From: Thecamonas trahens ATCC 50062
Taxonomy: Eukaryota; Protista; Apusomonadida
Direction of reading: 5' to 3'
DNA: 64,000 nucleotides
Assembly (NCBI RefSeq): GCF_000142905.1
Contig: NW_013657609.1
Coordinates: forward strand, 65,305 to 129,304
The position numbers were made by a program, and so were the translations under genes. The notes below the pieces were generated by a model, which saw only the letters and a list, made by a program, of their open reading frames with translations, was not told the DNA's origin and did no database searches. Numbering within the stretch: the first letter of the stretch is position 1; each line of letters starts with the position of its first letter. This document shows, piece by piece, positions 46,220 through 58,873 of the stretch.

Positions 46220-48165
46220 ATGGCGACTGACTACGGAGTTGATCTCACCAATGGTGAGGGCAAGTGCTTCAAGCGTATCATTACCGAGGGCAAGGGCTCT
46301 GCCATGCCCCAGACCGGTGACACTGTCTCGGTCCACTACACCGGCACCTTGCTTGACGGCTCTGTCTTCGACTCGTCTGTCGAGCGTGGTGAGCTCTTCA
46401 CCTTTGAACTCGGCCAGGGTACGTTCCCATACTCACCTTCTCATGTCACCATACTCTCCATGTAGCCCATATCTTGCTCTCTCTGGCCATGTCTTTGCCT
46501 TCTTCATACCTTGCCCCAACTCCACACCGCCGCCGCCAACGTCTCCACCGCCGACCGGTGCTTCACGAAGGAGTGCGAACACTGAGCGACGATGGCGACC
46601 CGGGAGACGGCGGCTGTCCACCCCCAAATTTTTGTACATTTTTTGTTCTGTTTTGCAACTCACCCCCCCCCCCCCCCCTTCCCCGCAGGCCGCGTCATCA
46701 AGGGATGGGACACTGGAGTGGCGACGATGAAGAAGGGCGAGAAGGCCATGCTCACGTGCAAGCCCGAGTACGCATACGGCGCGCGCGGCTCGCCGCCGAA
46801 GATCCCGCCCAACGCCACGCTGCAGTTTGAGGTCGAGCTGTTCTCGTGGAAGTCGGCGGCGGACTTGACCGACGACGGCTGCCTGCAAAAGTACGTGGTG
46901 ACCAAGGGCGCCGGGTGGCGCAAGCCGCGGGCACCGTACCGGGTCAAGGTCAAGGTTGTGCAGCTTGACGATGCGGGAGCGACGCCTGCGGCCGACGAGG
47001 CCGAGACCCTGGTCGACGCCGCCGAGCCGGTGAGCCTCACGCTCGGCTCGGGCGCGTCGCCGACGCTCGATATGGTCCTCCCCGAGATGGCCGAGGGCGA
47101 GGTGGTGCGGCTGGTGGCGTCGGGTGTCTCGCCCGGGCACTACCTCCGCCCGCAGCTCGCGGCTGGCATCCACATGCCCGACGACCCCAACGACGAGACT
47201 GCGTCGCGGGCGTACCTTGTCAAGCTCTTGGGGTGGGCCAAGGTCGAGGACGTGTCGGCGGACAAGGACGGCTCGCTCATGGCCGAGTTTGTGGCCGAGG
47301 GCGAGGGCTACGTCAAGCCGCGCGAGGGGCGACGGTGACCATGGCGTACGCCATCAAGGCCGGCGAGGGCGAGGGCGCGGAGGTGCTGGCCGAGGCCTCC
47401 TCCGACGCGCCGCTGGTCTTTGACATCGACGCGGCGGATCCGAACGTGCCGGCGGTGCTCGACACGCTGGCGCGGTCGATGGCCAAGGGCGCCGAGCTTG
47501 TGGTCCGGGCGGCGCCGAGCGCGGTGCCTGACGCGGTCCGCGAGGCCGCCGGCGACGGCGTCGATGCCTTTACCATCACCGCCAGCATGCTCGCGTTTGA
47601 GAACGAGCCGTACGAGACGGCCATGAACGAGGCGCAAAAGTTCGAGTTCGCGGGCAAGCGCAAGGCCGAGGGCAACCGGCTTTACGGCGCCGGTGACTAC
47701 GCACGCGCCGCCGAAAAGTACGCCAAGGCGCTCAAGTACTTTAAGGCATCGGCGACCGACGCGGCGCCTGATGCGTGGTCGAGCTCGGACGACGAGGGCG
47801 ACGACGAGGGTGGCGCCGACGCCGACGCGACCGGGCCGTCTGCCGACGAGAAGAACAACCTCATTCTCACCTGCCACCTCAACGAGGCGGCGTCGCAGCT
47901 CAAGCTCGCCGACGGCGCGGCCAAGGCCGTCGCGTCGTGCTCGGCGGCGCTCCAGCTCGACAGCACCTCGCTCAAGGCCTGGTTCCGCCGGGCGCAGGGC
48001 AACATGGCGCTCCACGAGTACGACGCCGCTGAGGCCGACTTTGCCAAGGTCCTCGAGCTGGATCCGGAGAACAAGGCTGCGGCCAAGGGCATCAAGCGGG
48101 CCAAGGCGTTCGCTGTCAAGGAGAAGAAGCGGCAGAAGAACCTGTACGCCAAGATGTTCGGCTGA
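46220..48165 (+). CDS. Multi-FKBP-domain + TPR immunophilin (FKBP52/ROF1-type Hsp90 co-chaperone); exons 46220-46418 and 46689-48165; apparent frameshift at ~47328
   Basis: [55 protein letters not shown]; [29 protein letters not shown]; LYAKMF end. Confidence 0.93.
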
Positions 48166-48260
48166 GGCGGCGGCGGCGAGCCGGAGCTTGTGACGAAGAG
48201 AGAGCTTCCTTGCTGCGATTTTTGAGACAATGAAGAGCACAAGCACCATTTGTCTGTGGC

Positions 48261-49426
48261 TCACATGGAGGGAGCGGCAAACTGGCGGCAGGCGTAGCAG
48301 AGCGGGGCGGGATCGTCGGCGTGCGGGAGCTCGTCGATGGCGCCGTAGTGGACGCCGGTGGGGACCGGGCCGGACGACGGGGCGCCGGCAATGCGCGGGA
48401 GCGCGATCCGGCCGCAGCATAGGGCGCAGAGGCGCGGGTCAAACGCCGCCTCGTCCGGCACGTCGAGCTTGCGCACGGTCTTGGCGATGGCGTTGAGGGT
48501 AGCCGGGAACTCGTCCTGCAAGCCAGCCATAAAGGTGGCGGTGAGCTGGCGGAGGGTGGCCTTGGCGCTCGGCGCTGGGATCGACGGCCCGCGGGTGAAT
48601 GGCGGGAGCTCGGCGGTGAGCAGGGAGCGGGCACGGACGACGCCGCGCATCTCGACATGCAGGTTGCTCAGCAGCGGGCGGAGGAGCCAGAGGTTCGGCT
48701 CGCCTGGGACAACAGCCTCCATGTTGACGGCGTCGGGCACCTGCTCGCCGCGGCCGTTGACGAGCATCATAAAGGCGTCGACGGCCAGAGCCGTCGCCGA
48801 CGTGCCGCAGATGAGGGCATCAGCGCCCACTCTCCGCGCATACGCCACCAGCGCGCGATGGCGGAGGAGATGCAGAAGCTCTTCCCGGGCCGAGAGCGTC
48901 TTCTCGGCGGCGAGCATGCTCGCCACTCGTGCCACACCCTCTGCAGACGGCAGGTGAGGCCAGAGCTCAGCCGAGATGGTAGTGACGTCAAGCGAGAGAG
49001 ACTGAGCGTCTGCCGCGGCCATCACGGCAGCCGCAGCAGCAGCGCGATCATCATCCGAGGCCAGAGCTTTGAGATGAGGCGAAGTATCGATGAACACGCC
49101 TTGAACACGCCACTTGATCTTGGCATACTCTGCAGCTTCGTTCTCTGCCAAAAGATACGCGAGATATACGCTCGATGGACCGCCAGAAAAGCCAGAGCAA
49201 CAGTAGTGCCCGAGGCAAGGAGACCCGATCGCGTCAATTGGCTCCGAAAAAGAGTCCGCCGTGTCCGAGCCGAGAGCGTCCGCTCCACGCACGAGCCACA
49301 GAGGACGCGATTGCGGAGCGCCACAAGGACCTCCTCATCCTCTCCGCCGCACTTGGCGCACACCCTATCCTTTGGCCGGCCCACCGCCTCGTGCGCTCCG
49401 TCGTCCTCCGGGTTGGCCTCGCACAT
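48261..49426 (-). CDS. CTU2: Cytoplasmic tRNA 2-thiolation protein 2 (Ncs2); apparent frameshift at ~49188
   Basis: CAKC...LCGSC, VALAF|SGGPSS, LSAREELL..LR..L, G.SAT.LA..GRG, LRPL, F...LQ.EFP.T...I..T..KL, CALC...LCYAC. Confidence 0.88.
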
Positions 49427-50027
49427 TGCGGGGCGAGTGGAGTGTGAGCGGCTTCGATGGATGGGAGGGGGGGGGATGGGGATGGGGATGATCAGGGGGA
49501 TGGGAGTGGGAGTGGGAANNNNNNNNNNNNNNNNNNNNNNNNNNNNNNNNNNNNNNNNNNNNNNNNNNNNNNNNNNNNNNNNNNNNNNNNNNNNNNNNNN
49601 NNNNNNNNNNNNNNNNNNTGGTGATGACGATCACGGTAAAACGTTCTACATGGCAAGCACGCTGTACATGGCAAGCGTGTGGGTTGTGCTTCCGGCTGGG
49701 CTGACACAACCTTCAGATCTCTACGTTGTCAGGCGATGTCGGGGTGGGGGGTACCAGGAGATGATGGAGGTACCAGGTGATGGGTATCCGGCGATGAGCA
49801 CACCAGACCGCGCTACATCTGCGCACTGTCTGATGTCAGCCCTGTGGTGACGATGTGGCGAGGCATGTACATGTACGTACCTCTGTCTCTGTCAGTGCGA
49901 CTTGACTGACAATGACCGTGGGGGGGGGGAGTTGGGGGGGGGAGGGGGGGGGGAAGGGGAAGGGGAGGACACTCGACTGTGACGAGAGTGTAGAGACGGT
50001 CAGGGCCAAGGGCAAGGAGGGTGGAGG

Positions 50028-51721
<1,694 letters not shown>

Positions 51722-51774
51722 TTGCGCACTGTATACTGTATCAAATATCAACACGCAGCCGGCCCGCCCACAGC

Positions 51775-51885
51775 GACCGATGTCTCAGCGACCGATGCCA
51801 AAGCCGACCGATGCCAAGCCGACCGATGCCAAAGCCGACCGATGCCAAGCCGACCGATGCCAAGCCGACCGATGCCAAGCCGATA
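51775..51885. repeat. 15/16-bp tandem repeat x~7
   Basis: (accgatgccaagccg)n. Confidence 0.9.
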
Positions 51886-52868
51886 ACACGCTACCCATAC
51901 CGATCCCCCCTCCCCCCTCCCCCCTCCCCGCCCATCCGCCCCGCCCATCCGCCCCGCCCATTCCCCCCCCCCCCCCCCCCCCCCCCNNNNNNNNNNNNNN
52001 NNNNNNNNNNNNNNNNNNNNNNNNNNNNNNNNNNNNNNNNNNNNNNNNNNNNNNNNNNNNNNNNNNNNNNNNNNNNNNNNNNNNNNNNNNNNNNNNNNNN
52101 NNNNNNNNNNNNNNNNNNNNNNNNNNNNNNNNNNNNNNNNNNNNNNNNNNNNNNNNNNNNNNNNNNNNNNNNNNNNNNNNNNNNNNNNNNNNNNNNNNNN
52201 NNNNNNNNNNNNNNNNNNNNNNNNNNNNNNNNNNNNNNNNNNNNNNNNNNNNNNNNNNNNNNNNNNNNNNNNNNNNNNNNNNNNNNNNNNNNNNNNNNNN
52301 NNNNNNNNNNNNNNNNNNNNNNNNNNNNNNNNNNNNNNNNNNNNNNNNNNNNNNNNNNNNNNNNNNNNNNNNNNNNNNNNNNNNNNNNNNNNNNNNNNNN
52401 NNNNNNNNNNNNNNNNNNNNNNNNNNNNNNNNNNNNNNNNNNNNNNNNNNNNNNNNNNNNNNNNNNNNNNNNNNNNNNNNNNNNNNNNNNNNNNNNNNNN
52501 NNNNNNNNNNNNNNNNNNNNNNNNNNNNNNNNNNNNNNNNNNNNNNNNNNNNNNNNNNNNNNNNNNNNNNNNNNNNNNNNNNNNNNNNNNNNNNNNNNNN
52601 NNNNNNNNNNNNNNNNNNNNNNNNNNNNNNNNNNNNNNNNNNNNNNNNNNNNNNNNNNNNNNNNNTACCCACTGCCATCCCCCCCCTCCCCCCCCCCCCC
52701 CCCTCCCCCCCCAGGTCAGGTCACCTGTCCTGTCCTCAGCCGTTGTGTTCCAAATGGCGACATGGTAGTCACCCCCCCCCCTCCCCCTCCCCCCCCCTCC
52801 CCCCCCTACCATACTCACACTCATGTACATATACCATATACCCCCTTCCCATGGGTATGGGATTATAG

Positions 52869-53915
52869 CTGTGGTTGGTGGTGCGGAAGCTCGGCAGCAG
52901 CAGCAGTGGTGATGGTGGTGGTGATGGTGGTGGTGGTCGTGGTGGTGGTCGTGGTGGTGGTGGTCGTGGTGATGGTGGTCGTGGTGGTGGTGATCGTGGC
53001 GAGGGCAGGTCGATCAGTGGACAGGGAGCGGGTTCGGTGACGGATGGTGCTGGTGCTGGTGCTGGTGCTGGTGCTGGTGCTGGTACTGGTGCTGGTGCGG
53101 GTGCTGGTACTGGTCGCTCGGATGATCCGGTGGAGGAGGTGGTGGTCAAGGAGAGTGATGGTGGTGTCGAGGCGGCGCTGGTGGTGGTGAGGGAGGTGAA
53201 GGAGAGGCTGGCAGAGAAGGTGGTGGTCGAGTTGGATGGTTGGGACTTTTCGCCAAAGGTGGCAGAGGCCTCTCCTCAGGTCGAAGTCCTCAGGGGAGAG
53301 CTGGTCGCCCTCCTCGAGTCGGCCAACGTCTCCAAGATTGTCCTCCGCAATGTGCAGCACACTGGCCGGCTGCTGACCAACAAGATGGCAAAGACGCTGG
53401 TTGGTATCGAGGTTCATGAGACCATCTTCCACGAGCACGACGGTCTTGTCCTCGGCTCGCTCATCATCTCCTCGCCGGTCATCGAGTCGGTCGTCTTCTC
53501 GGGCAACGACTCGTACTCCAAGGGCATCATTTCGCTCTGCGCCAAGCTCGGCAAGTCGCAGACGCTCAGGACGCTTGACTTTTCACACAACAACTTTATG
53601 GGCTTTGTGGGCAACGTCATCTCGCAGGTGGTTGAGTCGGCCAAGGCGCTGGCCCACATCTCGCTCGCCCACAACCAGCTCCGCTCGCTCGGCGTCCGGC
53701 CTATTGCTCGCGCCCTTGCCAACTCGACGCAGCTCATCAGCATCGACCTCACTGACAACCACATCGAAAAGGCTGGCCTTGACGACCTCATCCAGGCTGT
53801 CGAGGCTCTGCCTGCGGGCCTCCCGCTCGAGACCGTGGTCCTCGACGAGAACCCGGCGCTGAGCGCAGCGGACCTGGCTCGGCTGGCTGCAGCAATGGGC
53901 AGCGACCGGGCGTGA
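52869..53915 (+). CDS. RNI-like leucine-rich-repeat protein, terminal exon (5' exons in or near gap)
   Basis: LRTLDFSHNNF, LAHISLAHNQLRSLGVRPIARAL, LISIDLTDNHIEKAG; TAG acceptor at 52868. Confidence 0.75.
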   Translation: MWLVVRKLGSSSSGDGGGDGGGGRGGGRGGGGRGDGGRGGGDRGEGRSISGQGAGSVTDGAGAGAGAGAGAGTGAGAGAGTGRSDDPVEEVVVKESDGGVEAALVVVREVKERLAEKVVVELDGWDFSPKVAEASPQVEVLRGELVALLESANVSKIVLRNVQHTGRLLTNKMAKTLVGIEVHETIFHEHDGLVLGSLIISSPVIESVVFSGNDSYSKGIISLCAKLGKSQTLRTLDFSHNNFMGFVGNVISQVVESAKALAHISLAHNQLRSLGVRPIARALANSTQLISIDLTDNHIEKAGLDDLIQAVEALPAGLPLETVVLDENPALSAADLARLAAAMGSDRA

Positions 53916-53963
53916 TGAAATGAACATGGCCACGCAGTGCAGCTTTTACAGATTAGATGCGTG

Positions 53964-55366
53964 TTAGCTTTGTGTGAGGGCCGAGGCGTCGCCCGAGGTC
54001 ATAAAGGCGGTCATGGCGTCGGTGGTGACGAGCTCGGCGACGACGCAAGAGACGGTGAGGACGTAGGTGGCCGGCGAGAAGCCGAGGCGAGTCCTGTTGG
54101 AGACAGCATAGAGCGAGGTGCCGGGCTCGTCCTTGGCTTGCGCGGCGAGCTTGCGGGCGCGGCAGGCAAACTTGGCGCATATGGCCTTGACAGCCTTGCG
54201 GTCGAGCTCGTTGACCTGGACCCAGGCGCCGACGGAGAGGCCGGTGCCAACCTGGGCCGGCGAGGTGGCGAGGTAGCCGACATTGTCGTCGCGAGCAAAG
54301 GCGTGCGCGTGCGAGAGCAGGTCGAGGATAGCGTGGATAGAGTTGGTGGCGGCGACGAGGTCGCCGTCGGTCCGGCGGACGACAACGAGGATGTGGTCCT
54401 CATGGTTGACCCAGACGACGGCGGTCTCGGCGGCGTGGCGGTCGGTGCCGAAAAAGACGGCGCGGCCGTCCGGGTACCCTTCGTCCATGCCGACAGTTTG
54501 CTGGGGCGGGAGGTAGCCGCCGGGGATGAGGGCGTCGGCGGCGAGGGTGGCCCAGTCGTCGGAGACGGCGTCCGGCAGCGGCACAGCCTCAAACGACCAG
54601 CCGCTGCCGAGAGCCTCGACAGCACGGGCGAGGACGTCTGCGCGCGACGCAGCGGTGGCGAGCGGCGAGAACGGGAGGTCGGCGTAGTTGCGGACGGCAG
54701 AGAGCTGGATCCGCTTCACCATGGGGTTCTCCACGTGGTTCATCTTGGCGAGCTCGGCGGTCTCCCACGCGTCGACGTCGGGAGCGAGAGCGCCGGGCTC
54801 GACGCCGTGAAACTCGGCGACGAGCGGGCGGAGAAAGGCAGCAAAGGCGCTGTACGACGAGGCAGCACCAACGTAGATGCCGGGTGTCCGGCTCGGGTCT
54901 GCAAGGACCGGGCGGAGCATGCGGGAGATGGAGTCGCCCTCGGGCGTCACCTCGCTCCCGAGCGCGGACCACACCAATGGTGTGAGGTGCTTGCGAGCGA
55001 GCGCCCGCGGGCCGTCGACCAGCGGAGGATAGTCGTCAGGCAGCGTAGTAGCGGCGTCGGCATCGGCAGCAGGCCAGCCTTGATCACCAGGAAGACCTGA
55101 CAGATCGAGCGACTTTGGCGAGTCTGTGCGTGACTTTGTCTTCTTCTTCTTCTTCTTGCCCTTGCCCTTGCCCTTTGGCGGCAGACCCCGCGCCCTACGA
55201 CAGGCATCGGCATGATTGGCCCAATCTGCCGTCTGATGTTCCTTGGAGCAGTACCTTGCCGTCCGACAGGCGCAATGAAGGCGAGCACGAGTATCGCCAC
55301 ACAGAGCACACTTCCGCGACTCGGCACCAACATCATCATCATCAGTAGCAGCAGCAGCAGCAGAGT

Positions 55367-55397
<31 letters not shown>

Positions 55398-55631
55398 GTC
55401 AGCAGCAACAGTGTCAGTATCGGAAGTAATGGTCATGGTGGTGGCCTTGGTGGCAGCAGCAGATCGTGCCCGTGGTGATGGACGAGAGTCAGAGGAGGAA
55501 GAGAGTCGCCGCCAGGTCCATGCCACGCCGACGACGGCAAGTACAGCTGCTGTGGCTCCGAGTGCAAGTTGCACATACGGGTGCGTCACGGTGACTCCCG
55601 GAGGAGTGCCTTTGTTCTTGCCTCCGCTCAT
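53964..55631 (-). CDS. TM anchor + MYND zinc finger + degenerate ATP:guanido phosphotransferase (arginine kinase-like)
   Basis: TM LALGATAAVLAVVGVAWTW; MYND CALC...CAC....YCSKEHQ..DW..H...C; kinase fold LARKHLTP, GIYVG...SY..F..F..P.V..FHG, YPDGRAVF, VWVNHEDH, GYLATSPAQVGTGL, Y.VSN..RLG.S. Confidence 0.85.
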
Positions 55632-55688
55632 GGTGGAGTGGGGTGTGTGTGTGGGTGGGGGGGGGGGGGGGGAGGGGGCGGGTCGTGT

Positions 55689-55730
55689 CGCGCCAAATGG
55701 CGGGCGGTTTGGCGGGAGAGTTGGCGGGGA
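55689..55730. promoter_or_regulatory. Cluster of E2F-like sites upstream of the MYND-kinase gene
   Basis: CGCGCCAAA (reverse complement TTTGGCGCG), TTTGGCGGGA and TTGGCGGGGA, 60-100 bp upstream of the ATG. Confidence 0.4.
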
Positions 55731-55749
55731 ATTTGGTAGGAGGGGGGGG

Positions 55750-56005
55750 GGGATGATGGGGGTGACCATGGTGGTGGGGGTGACCATGGGGGTGGTGGGG
55801 GTGATCATGGTGGTGGGGGTGACCATGGGGGTGGTGGGGGTGATCATGATGATGGGGGTGACCATGGGGGTGGTGGGGGTGACCATGATGATGGGGGTGA
55901 CCATGATGATGGGGGTGACCATGATGATGGGGGCGACCATGATGATGACGAGGATCACCATGACGATGGGGTTGACCATGATGATGACGAGGATCACCAT
56001 GACGG
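55750..56005. repeat. Degenerate 18-21-bp minisatellite
   Basis: Variants of ggggtgaccatg(atg/gtg/ggg). Confidence 0.85.
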
Positions 56006-56040
56006 CGGCCAAGGGACGGCAGCGGGACAGAGGTGGGCAG

Positions 56041-56508
56041 TCAGAGCTTGGACTTGATCTTGGGGTTGCTGCCGATGAACTTGATGTGCTGGCCGGTAAA
56101 GTACGATTTGCCTGAGACGGCATCTCTGGCGTCAACATCAAGAAAGGCGATGCGCGAGCCGACGGATCGGGCAGAGGCAGTGACGGTGATGGTGGCGCCC
56201 TTGGGGGCTGCGCCTGTGTACTGGGTGTGGATCTCGATGGAGACGCCTCCAGTCGTGGTCTTCTCGGGAGCGAGTGCAACCAGGGCAATGGTCGAGAGTA
56301 CATCCACAGCAGTAGCAGCTGCCCCACCATGTAGAAATCCGTTGATGTTGGTAATCTCCTTTCCCACAACCAGATCAAAGACAACCTCCCCACCGTCCTC
56401 GTCGACACGGACAAGCGAGGTATGTGGGGCGAGAATCGACGAGAACGACGGTGTCCGTCCGCTAAGCAGCAGCTTTTCCAGCTGTCGACCACGTTCACTT
56501 CCGTTCAT
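56041..56508 (-). CDS. PaaI/ACOT13 hotdog-fold acyl-CoA thioesterase with PTS1 (-SKL)
   Basis: N..GFLHGGAAATAVD, GVSIEIHTQY...A..G, VGSRIAF; ends KSKL. Confidence 0.9.
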   Translation of the reverse strand: MNGSERGRQLEKLLLSGRTPSFSSILAPHTSLVRVDEDGGEVVFDLVVGKEITNINGFLHGGAAATAVDVLSTIALVALAPEKTTTGGVSIEIHTQYTGAAPKGATITVTASARSVGSRIAFLDVDARDAVSGKSYFTGQHIKFIGSNPKIKSKL

Positions 56509-56933
56509 GACAAGGGGAGAGGGGAGAGAGGGAGGAAGGGAGATAGACAAAAAATCAAGATGAATGTGTCCCCGTAATGCCCATACCTACCCCCGACAAG
56601 GCCTCCATGACCTGTCCCTGTTGGTCCCTCTCCTCGTGACCAGACCACCATTCCTCCACCATCCCCCTTCCCTTTCATCCCCACTCACATGTCCATACAC
56701 TCTAACTAAATAATTTCCTTCCTAATGTGACAGTCTCCCACATAATGCCCATACCTACCCCCAGCGAGCCCTTCATGCCCCGCCCCTCCGTACTCGCACC
56801 ACCCACCAAGTCGTACACCTGTCTAGCGCCGCTAAGCACAGCCGTAGCCCACGTCGCGACCAGCTACCACACAGTCAACGGGCTGCTTCTTTGAAAACGT
56901 TTGTCGAGCTCGTCTTCTGGGTGGTGGTAGGGC

Positions 56934-58658
56934 ATGAAGCCTGCATCGAAGAGGGCGGCGGCGACGGCGGCGGCGGGTCAGACTGGTCGGCCCGGTCCGG
57001 GGAAACAGGCGAGGCGACGGGGACCGATTCGGCAGGGATTGGCGCGATCAATGGGCTCGACGGCCGGTCGGCAGGGATTAGCGCGACCAACGGGCTCGGC
57101 GGCCGGTCGGCAGGGATTGGCACGATCGATGGGCTCGGCGGCCGCTCGGCAGCCGTCAGGACTCGCAAGATCAGCTCGGTCAGGTGGCTCATCGTCATCG
57201 TCGTCAACGTCGGCGTCGACCTCTGCTTTTCTGTCGGCGTCGCTGTCAAACTCGGGGCTGAGCGGGAAGCGGCAAAGCGCCAATGCAACGGTCTCGGCAG
57301 CTGTGGAGGAGAGGTTGGAGGAGGCTGCGCATGCCATGGCCGCGCTGCAGCCAGAGTCTGCGCTGGTCATCCTCACCCGGGCCTTGTTTGTGGCGCCAAG
57401 GAGCGCGAGACTGCACTTTGAGCGCGGGGCGTTGCTGGAGCTGCTGGGCGACGTCGGCGCGGCGGCGGCGTCGTTTGCGCTCGCTCAAGAGTGCACCAAG
57501 GACGACGAGTACATGCTCGGGCGACGCGCGCGCGATCGCGAGGCAGATGTGCGGTACACCGAGGGCGTGCGGCTGTTGAAGGAGGGCGACGCGGAGGGCG
57601 CCGCCCGGTGGCTGGAGGCTGCGTGCGAGCTCAAGCCCGAGGCTGCAGGCATGGCCATCCACAAGGCTGCGGCGTATCTGGCGCTTGGCGCGCAAGAGGC
57701 AGCGCTGGTGGTCCTCACGCAGATTGTGGACAAGGTCGAGTCGGAAGGGAGCGGGTCGGAGACCAAGCTCGCGGCGCTGGCCATGCGGGCGACGCTGCTG
57801 CACAACATGCGCCGGCTCCGCGAGGCCCACTTGGATGTTATCCGGCTGCTGCGACTCTCGCCGCGGCACAGGATCGGACTTGCACTCTCGCGGCAGTGGG
57901 ACACGCTCCAAGCCACGTACCGGGTCGAAGCTGCTCACAAGCAGCTCAACGGCGAGATGGAGGAGGCGGCGACGTCGCTGGCACGTGCGCGCGAGCTCGC
58001 GCCCGACGATCCGGCCCTCATCCTGCGCGAGTGCTCCTTGGCGCGCCAGCAGGGCGAGCACGAGACGGCCCTGGCGCTGCTCGACTCGCTCGCACAGAGC
58101 AGCAAAATGACAGCCGTGCAGCGGAAAACTCGCGAGACGTACTACGCGCTCGTCCACAACGACCTCGGTGTGGCGGCGTACCTCACCGGTGACCATCTCG
58201 CCGCCATCCGCGCGTTCAACAACGCGATCAAGACCGCGCCGGCAACGGCCGCGTTTTACATCAACCGCGGTGACGCGCGCCGCGACTCGGGCAAGCTCGA
58301 GCTGGCCATTGCCGACTATCACTCAGCCCATGAGCTGCTCGCCGGGCTCCGTGACACCAGCTCGACAGAGCAAAAGCACCAGCTCGACCTGCGGCTTTCG
58401 GTCTGCCACGACCAGCTGGGCTCAACCGAGTTTGTGCGCGGCAACTACGAGCACGCGGTGCTCGAGTTCTCGCAGGCAATCAAGCTCGCGCCGGTCGCCG
58501 ATTACTACGTTCACCGCGCGCGGGCCTTCATCCAGTCGCACGACCTGGCGCGGCTGCGCGATGACCTGCGGGCGGCTCTCGCGCTCGACCCGGAGCATCG
58601 CGAGGGCGTCGAGCTGTTTGCGAGGTACTTTCCGCATGCTGATGCCCTGCGCGAGTGA
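56934..58658 (+). CDS. Tetratricopeptide repeat protein, TTC16-like
   Basis: Multiple TPRs (LTRAL..P....HFERG, VHNDLGV, FNNAIK..P...FYINRGD, YE.AV.EFSQAI..P...YY..RARA); N-terminal 13-aa repeats RQGLARSMGSAAG. Confidence 0.82.
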   Translation: MKPASKRAAATAAAGQTGRPGPGKQARRRGPIRQGLARSMGSTAGRQGLARPTGSAAGRQGLARSMGSAAARQPSGLARSARSGGSSSSSSTSASTSAFLSASLSNSGLSGKRQSANATVSAAVEERLEEAAHAMAALQPESALVILTRALFVAPRSARLHFERGALLELLGDVGAAAASFALAQECTKDDEYMLGRRARDREADVRYTEGVRLLKEGDAEGAARWLEAACELKPEAAGMAIHKAAAYLALGAQEAALVVLTQIVDKVESEGSGSETKLAALAMRATLLHNMRRLREAHLDVIRLLRLSPRHRIGLALSRQWDTLQATYRVEAAHKQLNGEMEEAATSLARARELAPDDPALILRECSLARQQGEHETALALLDSLAQSSKMTAVQRKTRETYYALVHNDLGVAAYLTGDHLAAIRAFNNAIKTAPATAAFYINRGDARRDSGKLELAIADYHSAHELLAGLRDTSSTEQKHQLDLRLSVCHDQLGSTEFVRGNYEHAVLEFSQAIKLAPVADYYVHRARAFIQSHDLARLRDDLRAALALDPEHREGVELFARYFPHADALRE

Positions 58659-58873
58659 GTCATGTGCGCCGTCCCCGTCGGCGAGACGGCGGCGTGATCC
58701 CGTTATTTACCACCGCCCCCGTCACCGTCACCGCCACCACCAAACCCTCGCCCCTGTCACTCCCATGGCTCCCATGGCTCTCATCGCCACCATCATTCGA
58801 CCACTGCCGCGACTACTGTTAGTCGCTACCACGCGCGGCCGGCTGAGCAAAGCGAAGCGGCAAGCGCCTTCCT

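Noticed and set aside
46429-46575. U1-like ATACTCACCT and TCACGAAGG
   Set aside because: About 125 nt apart instead of about 20; remaining U1 elements absent
55632-56498. 844-aa ORF extending the MYND-kinase gene upstream
   Set aside because: The extension is an off-frame read of the thioesterase plus a minisatellite; ATG 55631 is the plausible start
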